Assembly: GCA_036012755.1 (NCBI GenBank)
Contig: DASCPX010000011.1
Coordinates: forward strand, 1-23,400
Origin: Myxococcota bacterium
Lineage (GTDB): Bacteria; Myxococcota_A; UBA796; CAJQPC01
Length of the DNA: 23,400 bases
Reading direction: 5' to 3'
A program made the translations under genes and the position numbers. Below the pieces are notes generated by a model. It worked only from the letters and a program-made list of their open reading frames with translations. It had not been told where the DNA came from and ran no database searches. This document shows positions 8,421 through 15,782 of the stretch, one piece after another. How positions within the stretch are numbered: the first letter of the stretch is position 1; each line of letters begins with the position of its first letter.

Positions 8421-10954
8421 GTGACCGCGCCCTCGCCGGTGCCGCGCACGTACACGACGTCTCGGCTGCGGAGCCCGATGTCGTCGATGGCTTCGACGAC
8501 GTAGCGGTTGCGGCCCGGCTGCACCTCCAGCGGCACGGACAGATCGACCCGTCTCCCCTCGCCGGAGTGGTAGGCGATCTTGTCACCCTCCGCCCAGACG
8601 ATGACGTGGTCGATCGCCGCGTCGTCGATGACGTTCACGTCAAGGGTGAACTCGCCGGCGGGCATGCTCAACGGGGACGCCACGTCCAGCGCTGGGGCCT
8701 GCAGGTGTGTCGAGCGCCCGTCGCGCGGTAGCTGGAAGGCGTAGTCCGCGACCTCGCCGAAGCGCGGTGTCTCGACGATGACGTGCAGGGGGAGCTCTTC
8801 GAGAGGGGTCTCGGACAGATCGAGCCCGAGGTGTACGACCCGCGTCTCCGAGTCGTCGAGCGCTGGGATGATGGCGTCGTACTCGGCCAGCTCGATGCCG
8901 GTGCTCTCCGGGTACTCGAAGCGCACGTGGAGCTGCATCAGCGGCTGTCTCGAGGTGTTCTCCACCTCGACGCGGACGTACTCGCCGTCCTCGCCCTTGA
9001 CCAGGGCGAGATCGAGGGCCAGCCGGGGACGCTCGACGCCGTCGTAGCCAAGGATGAACGCGCCTATTTCGGCGTCGGGGTGGCGGTCGGACTCGACGGT
9101 GGCGCTGACGCTGCTCTCCCGAGCCGGGGCCGAGGCGCGCACCTGGACGGTCGCCTCTCCGGTCTTCGTCTGGCCAGGCAACAGCACGCCGATCGGCAGG
9201 ACCCGCCGGTCCCAGACGGAGTCCGCGGCGTCCAGCCGTACCAGCACGCGGTGCAGGGGCTCGTCCCCGAGGTTCGTGACCTCGGCGATGAGCTGCGTGG
9301 AGCTGCCAGCGACGAGGGCCTCTTCCGTGTGCACATCGAGACGGACCCGAGGCTCCGGACCCGTGGTCTCGGCGGGCGCCCAGTCGATGCCCCGCGCGGC
9401 GAAGGTAGAGATCAGGCGCTGCTCCTCCTCCGCTCGGACGAGCTCGCGGATCTCGCCGGCTGCCTCGAGCACGTCTCCACGCTCCGAACCGCGCGAGGTG
9501 GCGAGCACCCTCACAGCCAGATCGACCCACAGGTCCTCTCGCTCCGGGGGTGGCTCCGCGTCCCGCCAGCCGGCGCTCTCGTCGACGAACAAGAGCGGCT
9601 CCGGACCCCCATCCTCGGCGCGGTCGTCCCGAACCTCGACCCCATCCTCGGAGAACAGGACACCGCCGACCGGAAGGTCCGCGGCGACCCCGTCTTCGTC
9701 GTGGATAGAGAGCCCGCCAGCGAGGAGGTACTCGGCGACGGTCAGCTTCAGGCGCGTGCCAGGCTCCATCGTGTAGAGCTTCTGGACCGTGCCCTTGCCG
9801 TAGGTCCGGGTCCCGATCAGGGCGGCGCGATCGAGCTCGCGCAGGGCACCGGCGAGGATCTCGGAGCCGCTCGCGGTCCGGTGGTTCTGCAGCACCACGA
9901 TGGGCACCGTGGGCTCGATGCCTGCGTCCTCCGCCCAGATGTGGGGCACCAGCCCGCGCACCTTGCCCCCGTCACGGCCCACGGTCCGGACGAGGTCGCC
10001 GCTGGTGAGGAAGGCATCCGCCGCGCGAGCCGACTGCAGCATCGAGCCGCCGGTGTTGTCGCGAAGGTCGATCACGAGGCCCCGCTCCAGCGCGCCGCGG
10101 GAGTCGAGATCGATGAGCGCGCGGCTCAGGTTGGCCTCGGTCAGCTCGCTGAAGTGGTCGATCCGGAGGTAGCCGAAGCCATCGCCAAGGTCCTTCCACT
10201 CCACGTTGGGGTCCTTGATCTCGTCGCGGGTGACGACGAAGGTGAGCTCCACCGGGTTGCCTTCGACGGTTCGACGGACGACGAGCTCGACGTCGGTGCC
10301 CTTGCGACCCGTGATGTGGTCGACCGCGTCCGTCACGGTCATGCCGACGGTCGAGGACCCGTCGATGCGCAGGAGCACGTCGCCGTCCTGGAGGCCGGCC
10401 CGAGACGCCGGGTTGTTCTCGAAGACCTCTTGCAGGTAGATCTCGTTGTCGGTGTCGTGGCGCGCGATGCGGGCGCCGATACCGAAGAAGGTGCCCTTGA
10501 GCCGCTTGTCGAAGGCCTTCACCTGCTCCCCGTAGAGCAGGCGGCTGTGCCGATCGAGGGCGTTGGTCGCGCCCTTGAGCAGCACGACGCGCAGATCCAG
10601 GTCCTCGTCGATCGGGCGAGCCGCGGACTGGGTCAGGTCCTCGAGCTCGCGCAGGCTGCGCTCCAGCGAGTTCCAACCACCGACCGTTACCGTTCCGAGC
10701 ACCTCGCCGTCGCCGACGCGCAGGGTCACGCTGGTGCCCTCCCGGTCGGCCATGAGCCACTCGACGTCGTCCTCCAGCTGCTGGGCGGCCTCGGCGAAGA
10801 GATCCTCTGCGACCAGGTCAGCGCGCCTCAGGTAGAGCGAGTCGATGCGGGAGAGCGTGTCGCTGTAGAGGTCGGGGGCGTCAGCCTCTGCTGGGAGGCT
10901 CGCCACCAGGCCCAAGAGCGCGACTAGGGAGAACTGGCGGAAGCGCGACCTCAC
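8405..10954 (-). CDS. S41 family carboxyl-terminal processing protease with PDZ domain and long Ig-like C-terminal extension, 849 aa
   Basis: Canonical signal peptide; FFGIGARI PDZ entry; GYLRIDHF, DLRDNTGG, TASGSEI (catalytic Ser), RTYGKGTVQ (catalytic Lys); beta-rich CARDB-like C-terminus. Confidence 0.93.
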   Translation of the reverse strand: MRSRFRQFSLVALLGLVASLPAEADAPDLYSDTLSRIDSLYLRRADLVAEDLFAEAAQQLEDDVEWLMADREGTSVTLRVGDGEVLGTVTVGGWNSLERSLRELEDLTQSAARPIDEDLDLRVVLLKGATNALDRHSRLLYGEQVKAFDKRLKGTFFGIGARIARHDTDNEIYLQEVFENNPASRAGLQDGDVLLRIDGSSTVGMTVTDAVDHITGRKGTDVELVVRRTVEGNPVELTFVVTRDEIKDPNVEWKDLGDGFGYLRIDHFSELTEANLSRALIDLDSRGALERGLVIDLRDNTGGSMLQSARAADAFLTSGDLVRTVGRDGGKVRGLVPHIWAEDAGIEPTVPIVVLQNHRTASGSEILAGALRELDRAALIGTRTYGKGTVQKLYTMEPGTRLKLTVAEYLLAGGLSIHDEDGVAADLPVGGVLFSEDGVEVRDDRAEDGGPEPLLFVDESAGWRDAEPPPEREDLWVDLAVRVLATSRGSERGDVLEAAGEIRELVRAEEEQRLISTFAARGIDWAPAETTGPEPRVRLDVHTEEALVAGSSTQLIAEVTNLGDEPLHRVLVRLDAADSVWDRRVLPIGVLLPGQTKTGEATVQVRASAPARESSVSATVESDRHPDAEIGAFILGYDGVERPRLALDLALVKGEDGEYVRVEVENTSRQPLMQLHVRFEYPESTGIELAEYDAIIPALDDSETRVVHLGLDLSETPLEELPLHVIVETPRFGEVADYAFQLPRDGRSTHLQAPALDVASPLSMPAGEFTLDVNVIDDAAIDHVIVWAEGDKIAYHSGEGRRVDLSVPLEVQPGRNRYVVEAIDDIGLRSRDVVYVRGTGEGAVTQPEE

Positions 10955-10961
10955 GACTACG

Positions 10962-10967
10962 AGAGTA
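10962..10967 (-). promoter_or_regulatory. putative -10 box TACTCT, 7 nt before GTG 10954 (leaderless)
   Basis: Minus strand TACTCT-cgtagtc-GTG; no SD at normal spacing; lies in a 42-bp divergent gap. Confidence 0.5.
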
Positions 10968-10996
10968 GCCCTCTACACCGCACGCCGCAGGGATCC

Positions 10997-11737
10997 ATGG
11001 ACGCCGACAAGGTCCGAGCGCTGTTGCTCTCGCTCGATGCCGGCGCGATCGGCCTGGACGAGGCGGTGCATGCGCTCTCGGCGAGCCCGCTGGGGGACTT
11101 CGCCACCGTCGACACCCAGCGCGCCCTGCGCACCGGCATTCCAGAGGTCGTCTACGGCGAGGGAAAGACCGTCGAGCAGATCGCGGCCATCCTGGATCGA
11201 CTCGCCGAGGCCGGCCAGGACGCGCTGGTGACGCGGCTCTGCGCGTCGAAGGCGGTGGAGCTCCCTGGCGACTACCACGACGTGGCCCGAGTGCTTGTGC
11301 GCCGCATGAAGCCATGGAAGGACCTCGGCGCGGGCGAGATCGGGGTCCTCTGCGCGGGCACATCCGACATCCCCGTCGCCGAGGAGGCCGCGGTCGTCGC
11401 AGAGGCCCTCGGAAACCGGGTGCGCCGGATCACGGACGTCGGCGTGGCGGGCCTGCACCGCCTGCTCCGGCACGAGGCCGCCCTGCGCGAGTGCCGGGTC
11501 CTGGTCGTGGTCGCCGGCATGGAGGGGGCGCTCCCGAGCGTGGTCGCCGGACTCACCGACAAGCCGGTCCTCGCCGTGCCGACGAGCGTGGGCTACGGCG
11601 CGAGCTTCGGCGGCGTCTCGGCCCTGCTCGCGATGCTGAACTCGTGCGCGGCGGGTGTCAGCGTGGTCAACATCGACAACGGCTTCGGTGCCGCCTACCA
11701 GGCGACACAGATCAACCGCCTCGGCCTGCCCTCGTGA
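10997..11737 (+). CDS. larB: nickel pincer nucleotide cofactor biosynthesis protein LarB (PurE-like), 246 aa
   Basis: RTGIPEVVYGEGKT, AGTSDIPVAEEA, DVGVAGLHRL, AGMEGALPSVVAG, PTSVGYG, MLNSCAAGVSVVNIDNGFGA. Confidence 0.96.
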   Translation: MDADKVRALLLSLDAGAIGLDEAVHALSASPLGDFATVDTQRALRTGIPEVVYGEGKTVEQIAAILDRLAEAGQDALVTRLCASKAVELPGDYHDVARVLVRRMKPWKDLGAGEIGVLCAGTSDIPVAEEAAVVAEALGNRVRRITDVGVAGLHRLLRHEAALRECRVLVVVAGMEGALPSVVAGLTDKPVLAVPTSVGYGASFGGVSALLAMLNSCAAGVSVVNIDNGFGAAYQATQINRLGLPS

Positions 11738-12891
11738 GCGTCCTCTGGATCGACGCCTCGGCGGGGCTGGCTGGAGACATGCTGGTAGGGGCGCTCCTCG
11801 ACGCCGGAGGCCGGATCGAGCGTATTGCATCAGCGGCGGCCGCCCTGGGCCTCGAGGTCGAGCTCAGCACGGAGCAGGTGCGGCGAGGGGGCTTCGGCGC
11901 GACGAAGTTCCACGTCGGGTTCGAAGCTGAAAGGCACCAGCACACCCACTGGTCGGAGCTCCGCGGCCGCATCGAAGCCGCGGGCCTGTCGGAGCGGACG
12001 AGGGCTCGATCCCTCGCTGTCTTCGGGCTGCTGGCAAAGGCCGAGGCGCGCGTCCACGGTGTCGCGGTCGAGGACGTCTCCTTTCACGAGGTCGGGGCCG
12101 TCGACTCCCTCGTGGACATCGTGGGTGCCTGCGTGCTGCTGGAGACGGTCGAGATGATCGTGTGCTCGCCGCTGCCGGCTGGAGGTGGCTTCGTCCAGAC
12201 GGAGCACGGCCGCCTGGCGGTGCCCGCGCCCGCCACGGTCGGCGTGCTCGCGGGCTGGCCGATGGTGCAGGACGGCCGGGACGGCGAGCTGGTCACCCCG
12301 ACCGGGGCGGCCCTGGTCTCGGCGCTCGCCACCTGTGGATCGATGCCCTCGATGACCCTCCGCGCGCAGGGATACGGTGCAGGAACGCGGGACCCGGAGG
12401 GGTGGTCGAACACGGTGCGCGTGGTGCTCGGCGACCACCGCCCGGCAGCGACCCCCACGACCGTCGAGGTGCTGGAAGCCCAGGTCGACGATCTCCCGGG
12501 CGAGCAGGTGCCGCCGCTCATCGGTGCCCTGCTGGAGGCAGGTGCCCTCGACGCGTGGGCGACGCCGATCCTGATGAAGAAGGGCAGGCCGGGCCTGCTG
12601 ATCTCGGCCCTGTCGCGCCCCGCGGATTGCGAGACGATCGGCGAGGTGCTCCTGCGCCACAGCTCGACCTTCGGGTTCCGTCGCCTCGTGGCCCAGCGGC
12701 GGGTGCTGGACCGCCGCCACGTCGAAGTCGTGACCGAGTTCGGTCCAGTTCGGGTGAAGCTAGGTGCGATGGGCGACGAGATCCTGCACGCGGCTCCCGA
12801 GTTCGAGGACTGCCACCAGCGCGCCCGAGAGGCCGGAGTGCCGATCGCCCGGGTCCACGCCGCCGCGCTCGGAGCCCTGTCATGGCCCTGA
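11734..12891 (+). CDS. larC: nickel insertase LarC (full length, single ORF), 385 aa
   Basis: GTGA overlap; GLAGDMLVGALLD, AEARVHG, FHEVGAVDSLVDI, HGRLAVPAPAT, ELVTPTGAA, GYGAG, MKKGRPG, PEFEDC. Confidence 0.96.
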   Translation: MSVLWIDASAGLAGDMLVGALLDAGGRIERIASAAAALGLEVELSTEQVRRGGFGATKFHVGFEAERHQHTHWSELRGRIEAAGLSERTRARSLAVFGLLAKAEARVHGVAVEDVSFHEVGAVDSLVDIVGACVLLETVEMIVCSPLPAGGGFVQTEHGRLAVPAPATVGVLAGWPMVQDGRDGELVTPTGAALVSALATCGSMPSMTLRAQGYGAGTRDPEGWSNTVRVVLGDHRPAATPTTVEVLEAQVDDLPGEQVPPLIGALLEAGALDAWATPILMKKGRPGLLISALSRPADCETIGEVLLRHSSTFGFRRLVAQRRVLDRRHVEVVTEFGPVRVKLGAMGDEILHAAPEFEDCHQRAREAGVPIARVHAAALGALSWP

Positions 12892-13901
12892 TCGCCTGCG
12901 CTGTCCCGGAACTCGTCAGCGTCTTGCGGACGGCCGGACACGACGTACTCGTCGGCTCCGATCCGCTGATCTACCTCGACCAGGCGGACCTGGTGGTGGT
13001 CGACTTCCGCGACGGACCGGTCAACGGGCGCGACTGGGTCCGCCACCTCGTCAAGCAGCTCGACCGCATCCCGCTGTTGGTGATCTGCGCCACCCTCGAG
13101 GAGATGGACGAGGCCCTCGCGGGGGGCGGAGCCGACGTCCTGCGCCGCCCCTTGTCGGCGGTCGTGCTCGAGAACCGCGCCAGCGCCTGCCTGGCGCGCA
13201 CCCTGGAGCACAGCCCCAGCTCCACACCCGGGGGGGCACAGGATCTCCTCGAGCGCCTCGTCACCGCCTGCCCGGACCCGGTCATCGCGGCGGATCTGCG
13301 CGGCAACCTCCTGGTCTTCTCCCGCGCAGCAGAGGCCATCCTCGGCTACGAAGCGCGCGAGGTCCTCGACGGGCGCCTGCACGTCTCCGAGCTCTACGCA
13401 GAGCCGGACGACGCCGCTCGCATCATGAAGGCGATGAAGGCCTCTGAAGATCGTGCCGCCATCGGCGTGCAGGTGCGCCTGCGCACTCGCCGGGGCGAGG
13501 CCGTGCCCGTGCACCTCTCGTCCAGCCTGGTGCACGACTTCGCCGGCCGGATCGTGGCCAGCGTCGGCATCTTCAGGGACGAGCGCCACTCCCACGAGCT
13601 GGCCATGCGGCTGGCGAGCGCCACCGATCAGCTGGTCGCCAGCGAGAAGCGGGCGGCGACGGTCGCCGTGGCTGGGGCGACTGCACACGAACTCAACCAG
13701 CCGCTGACCTCTGTGATGGGCATCGTCGAGTTGTTGCGCCTCGACAAGGAACTGCCCGAGAAGGTGCAGGACCGCATGGAACGAGCCTATGTCCAGCTCG
13801 ACCGCATGGCAGAGATCGTGCGGAATCTATCGCAGGTCACCGGCTACGGGACGAAGCCCTACACAGACGGTCAGGAGATCCTGGACCTCGACAAGCAGTG
13901 A
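12882..13901 (+). CDS. signalling protein: degenerate receiver, PAS, and HisKA phosphoacceptor helix; no ATPase domain; 339 aa
   Basis: ATG 12882 with GGAG upstream; DLVVVDF...GADVLRRPL receiver-like region; PAS (PDPVIAADLRGNLLVFSRAAEAILGY...SVGIFRD); H-box AHELNQPL; ends about 55 aa later. Confidence 0.85.
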   Translation: MALIACAVPELVSVLRTAGHDVLVGSDPLIYLDQADLVVVDFRDGPVNGRDWVRHLVKQLDRIPLLVICATLEEMDEALAGGGADVLRRPLSAVVLENRASACLARTLEHSPSSTPGGAQDLLERLVTACPDPVIAADLRGNLLVFSRAAEAILGYEAREVLDGRLHVSELYAEPDDAARIMKAMKASEDRAAIGVQVRLRTRRGEAVPVHLSSSLVHDFAGRIVASVGIFRDERHSHELAMRLASATDQLVASEKRAATVAVAGATAHELNQPLTSVMGIVELLRLDKELPEKVQDRMERAYVQLDRMAEIVRNLSQVTGYGTKPYTDGQEILDLDKQ

Positions 13902-14944
13902 TCGGCGTCCTCACCAGCGGGGGCGACGCCCCGGGCATGAACGCGGCGATCCACGCCGTCGTGAAGCTGGCCAGGCGAAAGGGCCTCGACGCCCTGGGGA
14001 TCGAAGCTGGCTACGAGGGGCTCATGGACGGTCGGGGTCGAGTGCTCCGACTCGACGAGGTCGATCCCATCGCCGGCTGGGGGGGCACCGTCCTCGGCTC
14101 GGCCCGCTCGGCGGAGTTCCGGACCGCGGAGGGTCGGGCGAAAGCGGCCAGGGCGCTGGATACGCGGGGTCTCATCGTCATCGGGGGCAACGGCTCGCTC
14201 ACCGGCGCTCACCTGCTGCACGCGGAGCAGGGCGTGCCCGTCGTCGGCATCCCGGCGAGCATCGACAACGACATCGCCTGCTCTTCCACGGCCATCGGGG
14301 TCGACACGGCACTCAACACGATCGTGTCTGCATGCGACCGCATCTCGGACACGGCCCGAGCCCACAGGCGGGTCTTCGTCGTCGAGGTCATGGGCCGCGA
14401 CTGCGGCTACCTGGCGATGGCCAGCAGCGTCGCCGCAGGAGCGGATGCCTGTCTCTTCCGCGAGTCGGGCAAGGACGAAGAACAGATCCTGGCCGAACTG
14501 AGCGAGGTCGTGCTGGCAGGCTTCTCGCCACAGCGGAACAAGAAGCGCATCCTGGTCATCAAGGCCGAGGGTGTCCAGGTGCCGACACAGCGCATCGTGC
14601 AGCGCCTCCAGACTGTAGTCGATGGGGCTCTGAAGGGGGTGACCGTGCGAGCCACCGTGCTCGGCCACCTCGTTCGGGGTGGAGCCCCCTCCTACGCGGA
14701 CCGCGCTGTCGCTGGCAGGCTCGCGGTGGCCGCGGTGAGCGCCCTGCTCTCCGGACAGAGCGACGTGATGGTCGGCTGGCAGCCCTGGGACGACGACGGC
14801 GAGCCCACCAGGGACCCGTCGGTCCGGCTCTTCCCCCTGGCCACCGTGCTGTCCCGGACAGAGGCCCTGCTCGACGGCACGAGCGAGATCACCAGGCGTC
14901 GCGTCGCGATGATGGAAGCCCACGCCGGGGTCCTGGCGATCTGA
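13898..14944 (+). CDS. pfkA: 6-phosphofructokinase (PfkA family, probably ATP-dependent), 348 aa
   Basis: IGVLTSGGDAPGMNAA, GGTVLGSAR, IGGNGS, PASIDND, VEVMGRDCG, TVLGHLVRGG; GTGA overlap. Confidence 0.95.
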   Translation: MIGVLTSGGDAPGMNAAIHAVVKLARRKGLDALGIEAGYEGLMDGRGRVLRLDEVDPIAGWGGTVLGSARSAEFRTAEGRAKAARALDTRGLIVIGGNGSLTGAHLLHAEQGVPVVGIPASIDNDIACSSTAIGVDTALNTIVSACDRISDTARAHRRVFVVEVMGRDCGYLAMASSVAAGADACLFRESGKDEEQILAELSEVVLAGFSPQRNKKRILVIKAEGVQVPTQRIVQRLQTVVDGALKGVTVRATVLGHLVRGGAPSYADRAVAGRLAVAAVSALLSGQSDVMVGWQPWDDDGEPTRDPSVRLFPLATVLSRTEALLDGTSEITRRRVAMMEAHAGVLAI

Positions 14945-14945
14945 T

Positions 14946-14951
14946 TAGGAT
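14946..14951 (+). promoter_or_regulatory. TAGGAT 6 nt before ATG 14958: leaderless -10 box and/or AGGA Shine-Dalgarno
   Basis: TAGGAT-cggtcg-ATG; both readings fit. Confidence 0.35.
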
Positions 14952-14957
14952 CGGTCG

Positions 14958-15263
14958 ATGAACCGACTCCCGCCCGCCTTCGACGAGGTCGTCCTCATCT
15001 GCAACAACACCCGTCCGCCCGGCGCGCCGAAGCACAGCTGCGGGGACCACGGCGCCTGGGAGCTGCGCAAGTGGCTCAAGCGCGAGCTGAAGAAGGAGGG
15101 GCTGTGGGGAGAGAAGGTCCGCGTAGTGCTCACGAGCTGCCTGGACTTCTGCCCCAGCGAAGGGGTCGTCTGCAGCTTCGACCGCGGCCGGAGCCTGGTG
15201 AAGATCGACGCACAGACAGACCGGGAGATCGTGCTCGAACGCATCCGCGAACTCTGCGGCTGA
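14958..15263 (+). CDS. thioredoxin-like [2Fe-2S] ferredoxin, 101 aa
   Basis: LICNNTRPPGAPKHSC ... VRVVLTSCLDFCPSEG four-Cys pattern. Confidence 0.88.
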   Translation: MNRLPPAFDEVVLICNNTRPPGAPKHSCGDHGAWELRKWLKRELKKEGLWGEKVRVVLTSCLDFCPSEGVVCSFDRGRSLVKIDAQTDREIVLERIRELCG

Positions 15264-15779
15264 GGGCGCCCTGGTCTTCCAGCTCTGGGAACTGGAGCTC
15301 GCCGGAGAAGCTCACGTCACCGAGGAAGCGGTACTCGCCGGAGAAGGTGACGATCCAGGTCTCGGAGTCCCATGTGCCGTTGGCGTCGAGGAGGTCCTCT
15401 GAAAACGAGCCATCGGACTCGTCGAAGCGGTAGACCTGCGCGACGCCCTTGTCGTCGTCGAGCACCAGGCCGCGGTAATCGGGACTGGGGACCGGGTGGG
15501 TCTGGTAGTCGCAGATGTTCTCGCCATCGAGCTCGGCGACGTAGAAGTGGTCGCAGAGAGCGCAGGCGTCCTGGAGTGCGGCGAGGTCGTCCTCGTCGTC
15601 GACCGTGGTGCCGGTCTCGACCATGTCGTCCTCGCAGTCGTAGTCGTCCGGCCAGGTGTCGAGCTCGAAGTGGACCTGCGAGGTGTACCGGCCGAAGTCG
15701 GGCTCGGGCGCGGAGGCCCCGCTGTCCGGAATCACCGGGATCTTGGGCTGGCACGCGAGGCTGAGAGCAGGAGGGTCAT
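15130..15779 (-). pseudogene. acidic hypothetical lipoprotein with a 1-nt frameshift in its signal peptide and a probable lost stop codon near 15271-15273
   Basis: ATG 15779 (3-nt gap after the upstream stop) gives MTLLL, then the protein continues in another frame as LSLACQPKIPVIPDSG...; body contains CALC and YDCED; the tail after PELED is unprotein-like and overlaps the ferredoxin by 134 bp. Confidence 0.6.
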
Positions 15780-15782
15780 GGT

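Noticed and set aside
10997..11737. Calling this gene purE (AIR carboxylase)
   Set aside because: It has the LarB-specific N-terminal domain and motifs and is coupled to larC.
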